A stretch of 64,000 bases of DNA, from assembly GCA_964016885.1 (NCBI GenBank), contig OZ024740.1:13020001-13084000 (forward strand), given 5' to 3'. The notes beneath the pieces were generated by a model that made no database searches, was not told where the DNA came from, and worked only from the letters and a program-made list of their open reading frames with translations. Source of the DNA: Eledone cirrhosa (taxonomy: Eukaryota). Made by a program: the position numbers and the translations under genes. This document shows positions 42,321-52,989 of this stretch, in pieces. The first letter of the stretch is position 1. Every line of letters begins with the position of its first letter.

Positions 42321-42701
42321 TATAATTACGGTATGTACACATTTCTTCTAAGTTTAATTTTACACCTAATTGTGTATGGTTGATGGTATATTTAGTCAGT
42401 TTCTACATGCTGTCGAAATGTTGGATAAATACTCTACTGGGGCCACCGCGAAGAGGCCACTTTCGATTATTTGTCGGAGATTTCTTCATAAGAGCCTTTC
42501 TTCTTATAGCTTGGTCTAATTGATTTTTTATATGGTTAATTATGCTAATTGGAAGAGGAAATTGGTATATATTTTATCTAATAATTCTAAGGACATGATT
42601 TATGATATATTGCTCTGATTATTTAATTTATTAATTCTTCATAGAGCCTAAAAGTGACCGGTTGCAGCATATATATCTATAACTTTATGTATATGTAAAC
42701 C

Positions 42702-42710
<9 letters not shown>

Positions 42711-42800
<90 letters not shown>

Positions 42801-42805
42801 TGTAT
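42711..42805. repeat. (TA)n grading into (TATG)n
   Basis: Direct reading. Confidence 0.9.
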
Positions 42806-43019
42806 GTTCTGGTTTTATAATTTCACACATTTTTATCAATAGAGAGTCGGTTTCTAATATAGACACAAGACTCTCTCATTGGAATTTAAACAACGTCAAC
42901 TAGGTAGATTATGTATGCATGCATGCATGTGTAGATATCGATGTTATTATATGTGTGGATGTGTATGTTTTGAGTTGTATGTGTGCATGTGTATATGCTT
43001 TGTATCTGTACATGTGTAT

Positions 43020-46000
43020 ATGCAGTTATTAGATGCAAACTTTTTGGAATGTTTTACATATTTTTACTGTTCCATTAATGGATTGTACTTGTAATTTCCT
43101 AACTAGTTGTGTTCTTTCTGTTCCTGTGAAGCCTAGCTTCTCAAGATTTGTATTGAGGCAGTTACTAACATATCCCAGTGCCCCAATATTCACAGGCATA
43201 AATCTGAATGTGGAGTATCTGCAGATTTCTCATCAGTTCTGCATAAATATTCTCCTTTTCGCTAATCTTTGATATTATATTGGCATCTGCTGGGCAGCTA
43301 ATTTCCACTACTGTGCATGCTTTCTTCTCCCTGTCCCATATCATAATATCTGGTCTGTTATGCCTGCATTTTATTGGGGTTTTTATTGGAACATTCCACC
43401 AGTACTCTTTCATATTACGTATATGAATGTCTTCCACATTGCTGTAGCTTTTAATGTGTTTATTATCGGGGCTATCTTTTCTACGGATTGCATTGTACAA
43501 TGTTTTGGCCACTACATCATGCCTCATAGGTTGATAGTACAGCGATGACATCTTCGGACAGCTCCTGATTACATGGGTGACATCTTCGATGTTAATTCTG
43601 CAGAGTCTGCACTTGTTATCACATCTAGGTGTTTTGCCTGCATCCCTATCTCTTTTGTGAATCAGGTATTTCGTGTTAATTTCCTGTTCTTGGATTGCAA
43701 AAGCGTATCCTTCAGAGTGGGAGCCAATATAGCGGTTGTTGGTCCAAGATAGACTACTTTCCTTATATATATTACTCTCACCCAGGAGCTTCCTGGCAAC
43801 ATATCCATACATGATTTTTTGCTGATAAGCATGCAGTTTTGTATCCATTAATTCACTGCGATACTGCTGAGCGACTTCCCTGGGTGTGAGTTTTTGATTA
43901 TCTCACGGAATATCTCTCGAGGAGTTCCTTCCCAACTCTCATGATCTTATCTGTTTCATGCAGATAGACTTGCTCGAGAGACCGGCTCGCACGCTTCGAG
44001 GTTCGTAGATGTTGTCGGAGGGATATGATGCGACATTCAAATGCTGTCTGGACTGATGTTAGGCCTCTGCCTCCCTGCTTACGTTCCAAGTAAAGGCAGT
44101 CTATGTCACTGTTGATGTGGAAGTTTCCGGTGTTGTTTAGTATTTTTCCAGTTCTAACATCAACTGCTCGGATTTCGTTTATCGTCCAATTGAGTATTCC
44201 AAACGTTGGTGTTAGGACAGGCACAGCAAACACATTGTGAGCCACTGTTTTGTTTTGCGCAGAGAGTTCCGATGACCAAATCTTTCTTAATCGGATGTAG
44301 TATTCCCTGGTTACGCGTTCCTTATTACAGATACCATTATAGGATATGTTCTCATCTATCCCCAGGTATCTGTAGCAGTCCTCATCAGATATCGGTGAAA
44401 CAGTTAGACCATTGATGACAATGTTGCTAGACTGGGTTGTTGTTTTTCCCCGCTTTACAGTCATATATGAGCATTTATCTTGGCCAAACTCCATTCCTAT
44501 ATCCTTTGAGAACGTTGTAACCAGGTCAAGATTTTTCTTCATCCCATCCATGTTCTTGGCATAGAGTTTCAGATCATCCACAAAGAAATTATGGGTTAGG
44601 TTCGTATTTCTGTCCTCCTGTGAGCCAATGATGTATCCTTCACATTTCTTGAGCAGAAAGGACAAGGGGTTTAATGACAGGATGAATAATATCACAGAGA
44701 GACTGTCTCCCTGAAATATGCCCCTGCGGTATTTTATTTTATCAGTGAAAATAGAGTCCTCCTTCTCTGTCTTTAACCTTAGGATAGTAGCCCAAGAAGA
44801 AGACAGCTTCTCTATGACTCTGACAATAATGCCTGGGACTTTAGCAAGTCGGAGGGCCTCTATCATCCAATAGTGGGGAACAGAATCGAAAGCTTTCCTG
44901 TAGTCCAGCCAGACTGTAGTCATATTCCTCCTAAATGTCGCACCTCTGACATCGCAGTTTTGTTGATTAGGAGTTGTTCAACACATCCCCAAATCCATTT
45001 CTTTCCAGCTGCTTGTTCATCTGTGATGATGTTATTATTTTCACAGTGATCTTGGAGGAATAGGTTCAGGCAGGTTGTATACATCTTATACATCAGGTTC
45101 TGGCATGCAATGGGTCGGTAGTTTTTTGCCAAGTGGGTGTCTTTGTTCTTGGGGACCAGTAATGTTTGTGCTAATGTCAACCCTTCTGGTATAAGTGTAT
45201 CTCCCTTAAGAACTTGTTGGTAGAGGTCAGTAAGACACCTCCGATAGAATATAAGTTTTTTGTACCAGTAGCCGACAATCATGTCTCTTCCTGGTGTTTT
45301 CTTATCTTGGAGTTTTCTTATCACAGTCTCAAGGGTACCCTCACTTATTTCGTATGTTTTTGTTGTAGTGTAGGAGCAATAGTTCTTTCAGATTTCTTTT
45401 AGCCACACTGCATCTTGGTTGAAATTCTTTTTTTCACCCCATATTTTTCTCCAAAAGGAATCTGTCTTTCTGGGATGGGGCCTCAGCGACACTTATTATT
45501 TTGCCCTTCATATCTCTATAGACTGATGTTTGGTTTCGTCTGAATCTTTTAAGCACTTTTCTTTCATCTACCTTCAGGTATCGGCGTTTTTCGCGAACAG
45601 TTCTCAATTCTTGTGTGAGGGTGATCAGCTTATATTGAAGAGTTCTGGTTCTACTGTTACCAAACATCGACTCTATTTTATTTTTCACTCTTTGTTGGTG
45701 AGGAGTGAGGTTTTTTTTGTGTTTGTTTGCATGTAAGGAGCATTGTCACATATCCTATGGTTTTTCGTAGGTCAGCAATCTTTTTTTCTATTTTAGTTAT
45801 ATATGATGGTATTTTGGTGGTGTTTTGTTCTTGTTAATATCTCTGCTATCACCAAGATAATGCTTCACTGTCGTTGCTAGGACATATAAACAGGCGTTGA
45901 TTTGCCAAAATGTTGGGGATTTTATCCGTCGTAAATATTTATCCCCTATTTCGTCAATAACACGTAATATTTCATTATTTGTTTTTTTTAAATTAAATAT

Positions 46001-46140
46001 TGTTGTTTTAATACGTTCAGCAAGAGAGATATTTATACATGAGTTAATTTCTCTCTGGAAGATTTCGTTGAGGGAAATTTCCAATTGTTTATACTTTTGA
46101 TTATTATCATTATCGATAGTATTTTCCACAACAATCGAGG
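43020..46140 (-). mobile_element. Decayed R4/Dong-like non-LTR retrotransposon (RT, CCHC zinc knuckle, restriction-like endonuclease)
   Basis: Fragments 45797-46129, 45434-45688, 44920-45324, 43898-44923, 43165-43848: NYRPIAC, WLDYRKAFDSVPH, GIFQGDSLS, FFVDDLKL, GGRGL, CRLC...HVIRSC...RHD, RPDIMIWD...VEISCP; C-terminal GTVKICKTF near 43040-43070; several frameshifts/stops. Confidence 0.88.
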
Positions 46141-46152
46141 TAGACTCGAATG

Positions 46153-46153
46153 G

Positions 46154-46187
<34 letters not shown>

Positions 46188-46254
46188 TGTATGTATGTAT
46201 GTATGTATGTATGTATGTATGTATGTATGTATGTATGTATGTATGTATGTATGT
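46153..46254. repeat. (TATG)n microsatellite
   Basis: Direct reading. Confidence 0.95.
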
Positions 46255-46860
46255 CGGGTCACTCTTCAGTGCTACTGGTAACATGTAACCCAGTACAACC
46301 TGTCGCACGGTCGGGTCGTCGGCGACTAAACCGGCAACCCCACCAAGTTAACTTGGTGAGGAAGGGTGATTTTGGACACCCTGCAGGACAAAAAACAAAA
46401 CCTGACAAAGGGCGGAAGAGCTCAAGAGCCATCCAAAAGTGTGTAAATATGTATATACACATGTACATATGTATGTATATGTATATGTGTATATACATGG
46501 GTGCATGTGTATGTATATGCGCGGGGACATAGAAAAAGTCGGGCTGGATACCCGATCGCGTGGGGAGTGAAGGACCCCTAGACTTTGTTAGGGCATTCTT
46601 CTAGGAGAAGGCAACTCAGGAAACTGGGATAACTCCGATATAAAACCTGCGGCTCAGTAGTTACCGATGATGTTGATCTTTTCTTCTTTTCAGGTTATAG
46701 CTACTGTCTCTCAGAGAGTGAGATTGGCTTGGTGCACAGTATTTCCTCGCTTTAAAAAATATCTTCACGCACAGGCATTGCACGATAGAATTAATTAATA
46801 ATTATTAATAATGGTATATCGTGCAATGGCCATACTCGATAACGAGGGAGCAGCCATCAT
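46255..46860. mobile_element. Non-coding interspersed element flanked by (TATG)n, resembling an RTE-type 5' UTR/non-autonomous repeat
   Basis: GC-richer 600-bp block with sharp (TATG)n borders on both sides; motif CTAGGAGAAGGCAACTC resembles RTE 5' UTR sequence (from memory). Confidence 0.4.
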
Positions 46861-46929
46861 GTATGTATGTACGTATGTATGTATGTGCACACAGCCTACA
46901 CTCTGACCTTGACATATATACACACAACT

Positions 46930-47135
46930 TGACTAGCAGACGATACGTCAATCGTCGACCATAATAATCAGACTCCTAGAAATGGCAGCCAAATCGCCCA
47001 CAAATCAGTCTCTATATCTTAAACTGTGGATACTATAGATCGCTGTTTAAAAAAAAATAGACGAGATCGTCATGGCTGGAACACTTTTAGTAGGTTTATT
47101 CGGTCTAAGTTGGCGTAGGGCTATACAACAACTAC
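46930..47135 (+). mobile_element. Degenerate SINE 3' portion
   Basis: CTAGAAATGGCAGCCAAATC...CATGGCTGGAA...GGGCTATACAACAACTAC with (CAA)-type tail; resembles a common octopus repeat (memory). Confidence 0.4.
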
Positions 47136-47394
47136 TGTATGTTATATATTGTTCCCTCTTACTCCTCCTCCACTTCCTCCTTTTACCCATTTCACCTCCT
47201 TCATAGATATCTATAGTCACTCATAAACCTCTTACTATCCCTCACCTCCAAAATTCTAGACTCTGCCTCCACCCATTCACGCTCACTCTGTCATTTCACT
47301 CACACGTTCCGTGTCTGTGTGTTCGTTACTGTGGTATCTTACTGTATTCTTTATCTATCTGTCTATCTATCTCCCCATCTATCTATCTATCTAT

Positions 47395-50035
47395 CAGTTC
47401 TTTGACACGAAGCAAAATACGTGCTCTAGGAAACGAGGAGACCAAAGCTGTTAGCTGGGCCCGCGTGACAGAAGCCAAAAGAGGGATTAGATCCACTATC
47501 CGGTTTTGCGAGACCAGGATGGACGGGTGATCCTTGAACCTAAGCAGATGTGTGAGGTCTTTCAAAGGCACTTTACCCGATTGTTCGGGATGTGCGGGGG
47601 ACCGGATGGGGACGTGGACTTCGGTCCATACCTCGACGGCTTGCCGCGTCTTTCGGACGAGGAGGCGAAGTCTTGCAAAGGGCCGATTTCAGCTGCTGAG
47701 ATAGAGGACGTGCTGAGCCGATGCGGCAAACGCAAATCCCAGGGTCTCGATGGTCTTCCATACGAACTATATCTAGCTATGCCGGACTTGTTCCCCGATC
47801 TCCTCGAGACGGTCTACTGCAACTGGCAACAGAACGGGAGAATTCCCTGTGCTATGACCAAGGGCGTAGTTACGCTAGTGAGGAAGGACGAGAAGAAGGG
47901 GGACGAAATAAGTAATTTCAGGTCCATAACTCTGCTAAATGCAGAGTTAAAGATTTTGGCCAAGGTGTTAGCAAAGAGGTTGGCGCTTGTCGTGGGCAAC
48001 CTGGTGGGAGATGCACAGACATGTGCTATCCCGTCCAGGTCCATCCACGACAACCTCCACCTCATGCGATACATTATAGAGAGGGTTGGGAACGAACCCT
48101 GCTTTGGTGGGGCTCTGATCAACTTGGATCAATCTAAGGCGTTCGATAGGGTCGACCATGGTTACCTGGATGTGGTGCTAGCGGCGGCAGGTTTCGGACC
48201 CATTTTCAGGGGCTGGATCACTGCCATGCACAGCAGCCACATCTGCTCTAGAGTCAAGGTGAACGGCTACCTCTCGGAGCCGTTCGAAATCACGCGGTCC
48301 ATCCGACAAGGGTGCCCTCTCTCCTCCCTTCTGTATGTATTGGCCCTCGAGCCACTGCTACGGAAGTTGGAGTTGTTGCAGGGCATCCCTTTGGAACCGG
48401 GATTGAGGACAGCGGTGTCGGCCTACGCCGATGACGTAACAGTAATGGTGTCGACGTCCTCGGAAATCGGGGCGAGCGGCACCTTACTGGAGGAGTACGA
48501 AAGGTTTAAAGGGGTTAAGCTGAACCGGGACAAGTCGATCGGTTTGCAACTCGGCACGTGGAGGGGAAAATCGATGCCCTCCGATTGCGTCGTCGGACGC
48601 TGGATGGAGGGCCCGGTGAAGTTACTCGGGGTATGGTTCGGACCAGACCTCCAGGTGGAGAAGAACTGGGGTGTGGTAACGAACAGGGTGTTTGCACTAA
48701 CCCAGAAGTGGGCCGAGTGCAAACTATCCCTGAAAGGTCGGGCGGAGGTGGCGAACACTTATATAGCGTCCGTCATCTAATACCGCCTGGCCGTCGTGCC
48801 TTGCCCAAGGGAAACACTCACCAAAATGGAGCGCGCACTCTTCCAATTCCTTTGGAAGAGGCGGGCCCCTTTGTTGAGGAGATCCATCTGCTGTCAACAT
48901 CCTTCGAAAGGAGGGCTTGGGATGCCGTGGCTGCTGATGCGTAAACACGCATTAAGGCTACGGCACCTCCAGGTATTCCTCACCGCTCAACCGGTGTGGG
49001 CCCCGTTTGTGAGACGAACCTTTCCGAGACTCGTCTCACTTACCGAGCTGCAATCCTGGGTCAAGCAAAGACCGAGAAAACTGGGCGCCTGGCACACCGA
49101 GTGTGCCCAGGTGCTCACGGCTCTCTGGCAGGCGGACCCGGCTATCAGTGGAGACTCCACCTCGACATTCTATTATAGAGGGCTGGTACGCAGCAGGTGC
49201 GACGACGCCCTCGGAGAAGCCCTAGGCATGGAGGAAGACGAACTGGCTAGCCTGTTCGGTAGGACATTTAGCCCGGGACCCATGGACAACAGTTCCAGAG
49301 GCCCCTGGCCTGGCAGTGCTACCGAGAGGCTCTGCCCGTTCGAGAAAAGCTCTACAGACACGGGCGCCCGGGGAGAGACCCCTCGAAAAAGATCTGTCCC
49401 AGATGCGTGCGCGACGAGGAAACCGTCGCGCATGCATTGGTACACTGCCCGGGCGTCGCCGGTCTGTGGGGCTATGTGGAACGACTACTGTCACGGGTGG
49501 GACCTATTCGGTTGACCACCAAGTCCATTATAACGATCAAGCCGCCTCCCCCCTTCAAAAATGAAGGAGAGGCGGTGTTTCTGTACGTAATAGCCATGCT
49601 GAAAGAGGTTGTATGGTGGACGCGTTTGAAAGGACTGAGGCCAGACACCTTTCTCTCTGGCCAACAACTGGTCCTTTTCTTCCGATATCATTTCGGAAGA
49701 AGGATCAGGATGGAGAGAGAGGTGCTCCACCCCAGCCAGTTTTATGAAAGGTGGGTGAAAGTGGCGAGAATGGCCCGTGTGAATGGGCCTTCTCTCTATA
49801 TCAGCCTGTAGGTGAAAAAGATGGAAGAACAAGGGAGCACCCTCTCTCTGTGCTCCTGAGGAGAAGTGTTGCACACTTTTTCAGCGGGGTGGGGTGCGAC
49901 CCCCCAAAACGCCTCCTCCCTATTGAGGACTTTATTGTTAATTTTATATTTGTTATTGTTTTTTTTACTCGTTCTTTTGTGTAAACTCCCCCCTTTGTAT
50001 TTGTCCCCTTCTTTTGCCCCTCTTGGCAATAAATA
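47395..50035 (+). mobile_element. 5'-truncated Tx1/L1-clade non-LTR retrotransposon (RT and C-terminal CCHC), disrupted
   Basis: ORFs 47506-48780, 48796-49515, 49407-49811: GLDGLPYELY, NFRSITLLN, DQSKAFDRVDH, RQGCPLS, AYADD, GGLG, CPRC..EETVAHALVHC; stop at 48778, frameshift near 49290; pyrimidine-rich 3' UTR and AATAAA at 50028. Confidence 0.92.
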
Positions 50036-50624
50036 GAAACATACCTAGCTAGCTAGCTTCTCTTCAGTTCAATGTTATATTTAAGAAATATACCAAGGGT
50101 AGTTTGGTTTGTGATGTTATTTTGAAGTTGAACTCTTTAAAAGCATTTATTAGGTTTGTCTCATGTTTATTGATTCATGTTTTGGGAGACTGCTAGGCCA
50201 TCATCTCTGTACAGTCTCATTCTAAACTTGAGGTAGCAAGCAGTATGGTTATTCTCAATCAGAAATAGCTTGAAAGAAATTTGTACTTGAAAGGTTGAGT
50301 GAGAGTAACTAACGTCTATATTGCTTCATGTAGGTATTACCACCAGACTGTCGTGTGCTGTTCCAGCAGAAGAAATATGTATAGAAGAAATATGTTTCGT
50401 TGGTTAGGGGGTCCATCTACAGCTAACGCCCTCTTCTTTCAGGATCTTGTGACTCATGATATGTGGGTTCATACTGAGGCTGACACATTTGCAGAGGCTC
50501 CTGAATAACCACATTGACCACTAACGTGAATATACGTGACCATTATTTACGTAACACGCCTTCTCCCGGTTTATCTACCCTTTAATTGTTGTTCTTGTGT
50601 CTAAATTAGAAACTATTATTATCC

Positions 50625-50846
50625 AAATATCGGTCGCTTTCCGACAGGTTTGCGATCGAGCCCGTAGCAGTGACGACTTCTGGTGTCCTTGGCTCTAGGA
50701 CCAGCTCCCTACTCACCACCATCGGCACAGAGTTGGTTACGCGCAAGTGTGAGCCTCGCGACCTGGAATAGCTCTTCCAGCGCGTCTCCCTCACCATCCT
50801 CCGGGGAAACCTCTTCTCTATACTGTACGCCGGAGCCGCGGGGTGA
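50625..50846 (+). pseudogene. C-terminal fragment of CRE-clade non-LTR retrotransposon restriction-like endonuclease
   Basis: Manual translation KYRSLSDRFAIEPVAVTTSGVLG...IG...RDLE*LFQRVSLTILRGNLFSIL matches the KY..P.AVET.G..G...LFQRIS...RGN pattern; frame not in ORF track. Confidence 0.75.
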
Positions 50847-51079
50847 CCAACGCGTGAGCTCACATTTGCTCACAATAGTGAGAGATGGGGAGAGCGGGCG
50901 AGACGGAGGCAGTGACAGTGGGAGTTTGGTTCCTTTGTGTTCGGATCTTGTGTATATGTAAATATTTCACTGACACACACTCGCGCTAAATTCGTTTTCA
51001 TTTCCGTCATTGTATAACTTCTGTCTGTAAAATATACCAATAATGACATATTTCAAGTACCCGTCTATTATTCTCCGTC

Positions 51080-51270
51080 TGTAAGGCAAATCGGTAGAGC
51101 ATCAGACAACACACATTGCAACTTTTGTTTCGGTTCTCTACAATCTCAGCTAAAACTCCTCCGAGCTCAACTTTGCCTTTCATTCTTTTGAGATCGATAA
51201 AATAAAATAACGGTAAAGTATTGGGGTCTATATAAATTGACTTTCCCCACAAATTGTTGACCCTGTGTCT
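51080..51270 (+). mobile_element. Degenerate tRNA-derived SINE (same family as 52513 and 61457 copies)
   Basis: GGCAAATCGGTAGAGCATCAGACAA head, AACTTTGCCTTTCAT...CGATAAAATAAA core shared with the other two copies. Confidence 0.8.
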
Positions 51271-52222
51271 ACATTGTTGACCTTGTGTCTACATTGTTGA
51301 CCTTGTGTCCACATTGTTGACCCTATGTCTCCATTATTGACCTTGTGTCTACATTGTTGATCTTGTGTCTACATTACATTGTTGACCCTGGGCCTACATT
51401 GTTGACCCTGTGTCTACATTGTTGACCCTGTGTCTACATTGTTGACCCTGTGTCTATATTACATTGTTGACCCTGTGTCTACATTGTTGACCTTGTGTCT
51501 ACATTGTTGACATTGTGTCCACATTGTTGACCCTGTGTCTCCATTATTGACCTTGTGTCTACATTATTGATCTTATGTCTACATTACATTGTTGACCCTG
51601 TGTCTACATTGTTGACCCTGTTTCTACATTGTTGAACATGTACTATATTACATTGTTGACCCTGTGTCTACATTGTTGATCTTGTGTCTACATTGTTGAC
51701 CTTGTGTCTACATTGTTGACCCTGTGTCTACATTGTTGACCTTGTGTCTACATTGTTGACCCTGTATTTACATTGTTGACCTTGTGTCTCATTACATTGT
51801 TGACCATGTGTCTACATTGTTGACCCTGTGTCTACATTATTGACCGTGTCTACATTGTTGACCTTGTCTCTACATTGTTGACCTTGTGTCTACATTGTTG
51901 ACCTTGTGTCTACATTGTTGACCCTGTGTCTACATTGTTGACCTTGTGTCTACTTTGCCGACCCTGTGTCTACATTGTTGACCTTCTGTCTACTTTGCTG
52001 ACCCTGTGTCTACATTGTTGACCTTGTGTCTACATTGCTGACCCTGTGTCTACATTGTTGACCCTGTGTCTACATTGTTGACCTTGTGTCTACATTGTTG
52101 ACGTTGTTTCTACATTGTTGACCTTATGTCCACATTTTTGACCTTGTGTCCACATTGTTGACCCTGTGTCTACATTGTTGACCTTGTGTCTACATAACAT
52201 TGTTGAGCCTGTGTCAACATTA
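51251..52222 (+). repeat. 20-bp minisatellite (ACATTGTTGACC[C/T]TGTGTCT) with occasional 25-bp ACATT-duplicated units
   Basis: Over 40 tandem units read directly. Confidence 0.95.
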
Positions 52223-52239
52223 CCCTTATGTGGCCGCCA

Positions 52240-52900
52240 CATACGCGTAGGGTTAAGGAGTTCCATTTGTAATCATGAGGTTCCCGCTTCTATCCCATTG
52301 TGTGGCATCTCGTGTATGTGTCGAGTCAACTTATACTTCATCAGTGAAATTTGGTAGGCGGAAACTGTTTGGAAGTCCATCGGACGGATGGACTGTATTT
52401 GTTATTCAAAGGGCCAACCTTGTTACATAGTGTCCCATTGAATCTACCTGAGAATTACGTTAAAGGTGTAAATGTCTGTAGAATACTCAGCCACTTACAT
52501 TATAATACAAGATGGATTGGCAGTATCGGTAGAGTGTCAGACAATATGCTTTGCCGCATAGAGTTATAGCTCTTTACGGTCTGAGTTCGAATCCCACCGA
52601 GGTTAACTTTGCCTTTCATCCTTACGGGGCCGATAAAATAAAGTACCAGTAATACACTGCGGTCGATTTAATCTACTTCGCCCTGTGTCTAAATCAGAAA
52701 CCATTATAACACAAGATGGACTGTACCTGTAATTCACGGGGCCAGCCTTGTCAAACACTGTGTCATGCTGACTCTTCCTGAGAACTACGTTATGGGTTCA
52801 CGTGTCAGTGGAATGCTCAACCACTTACACGTTAATTTTCTGAGCAGACCGTTCAGTTGATCGAACATATGAACACTCATCGCTGCAACCGAGGGCGATC
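52240..52900 (+). mobile_element. Older SINE-like repeat with a partly duplicated body, interrupted by a younger SINE
   Basis: tRNA-like head near 52245-52295; GATGGACTGTA...GGGCCA.CCTTGT...CCTGAGAA.TACGTTA...CCACTTACA occurs at about 52387-52499 and 52714-52828. Confidence 0.55.
52513..52701 (+). mobile_element. tRNA-derived SINE with target-site duplication
   Basis: A box TGGCAGTATCGG, B box GAGTTCGAATCC; flanking CATTATAA(T/C)ACAAGATGGA at 52498-52516 and 52702-52720. Confidence 0.85.
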
Positions 52901-52989
52901 CTTCCCATTCTTACCCATCTATGCTGTTATTTGCAACAATAAAATCAATTCTCCCACCAAACACCACCATTTTTATTTCATGTAACTCA

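Larger units (their letters stand above)
41253..42710. mobile_element. Non-coding hammerhead element (657-bp unit): inverted copy plus forward copy with ~125-bp terminal redundancy, between (TA)n tracts
   Basis: 41253-41920 is the near-perfect reverse complement of 41942-42610; 41927-42052 repeats directly at 42584-42709 (offset 657); one hammerhead per arm; no credible ORF. Confidence 0.85.

Noticed and set aside
41253-42610. Long inverted repeats as DNA-transposon TIRs (also 57990-58855)
   Set aside because: Outward-facing hammerheads in both, and unequal arm end points plus tandem redundancy at 41-42 kb, fit PLE-type retrotransposition better; not fully excluded for the 58-kb pair
46255-46280. 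CTGAAGA on minus strand (GCACTGAAGAGTGACCCGAC) as a hammerhead
   Set aside because: Runs into (CATA)n with no GAAA or stem III
50380-50447. Hammerhead-like CTGAAAGA...CGAAACATAT on minus strand
   Set aside because: Core spacing wrong and no convincing stem I
52513-52600. tRNA genes at A/B-box motifs (also 61550-61640)
   Set aside because: Followed by shared SINE body and flanked by TSDs; no cloverleaf
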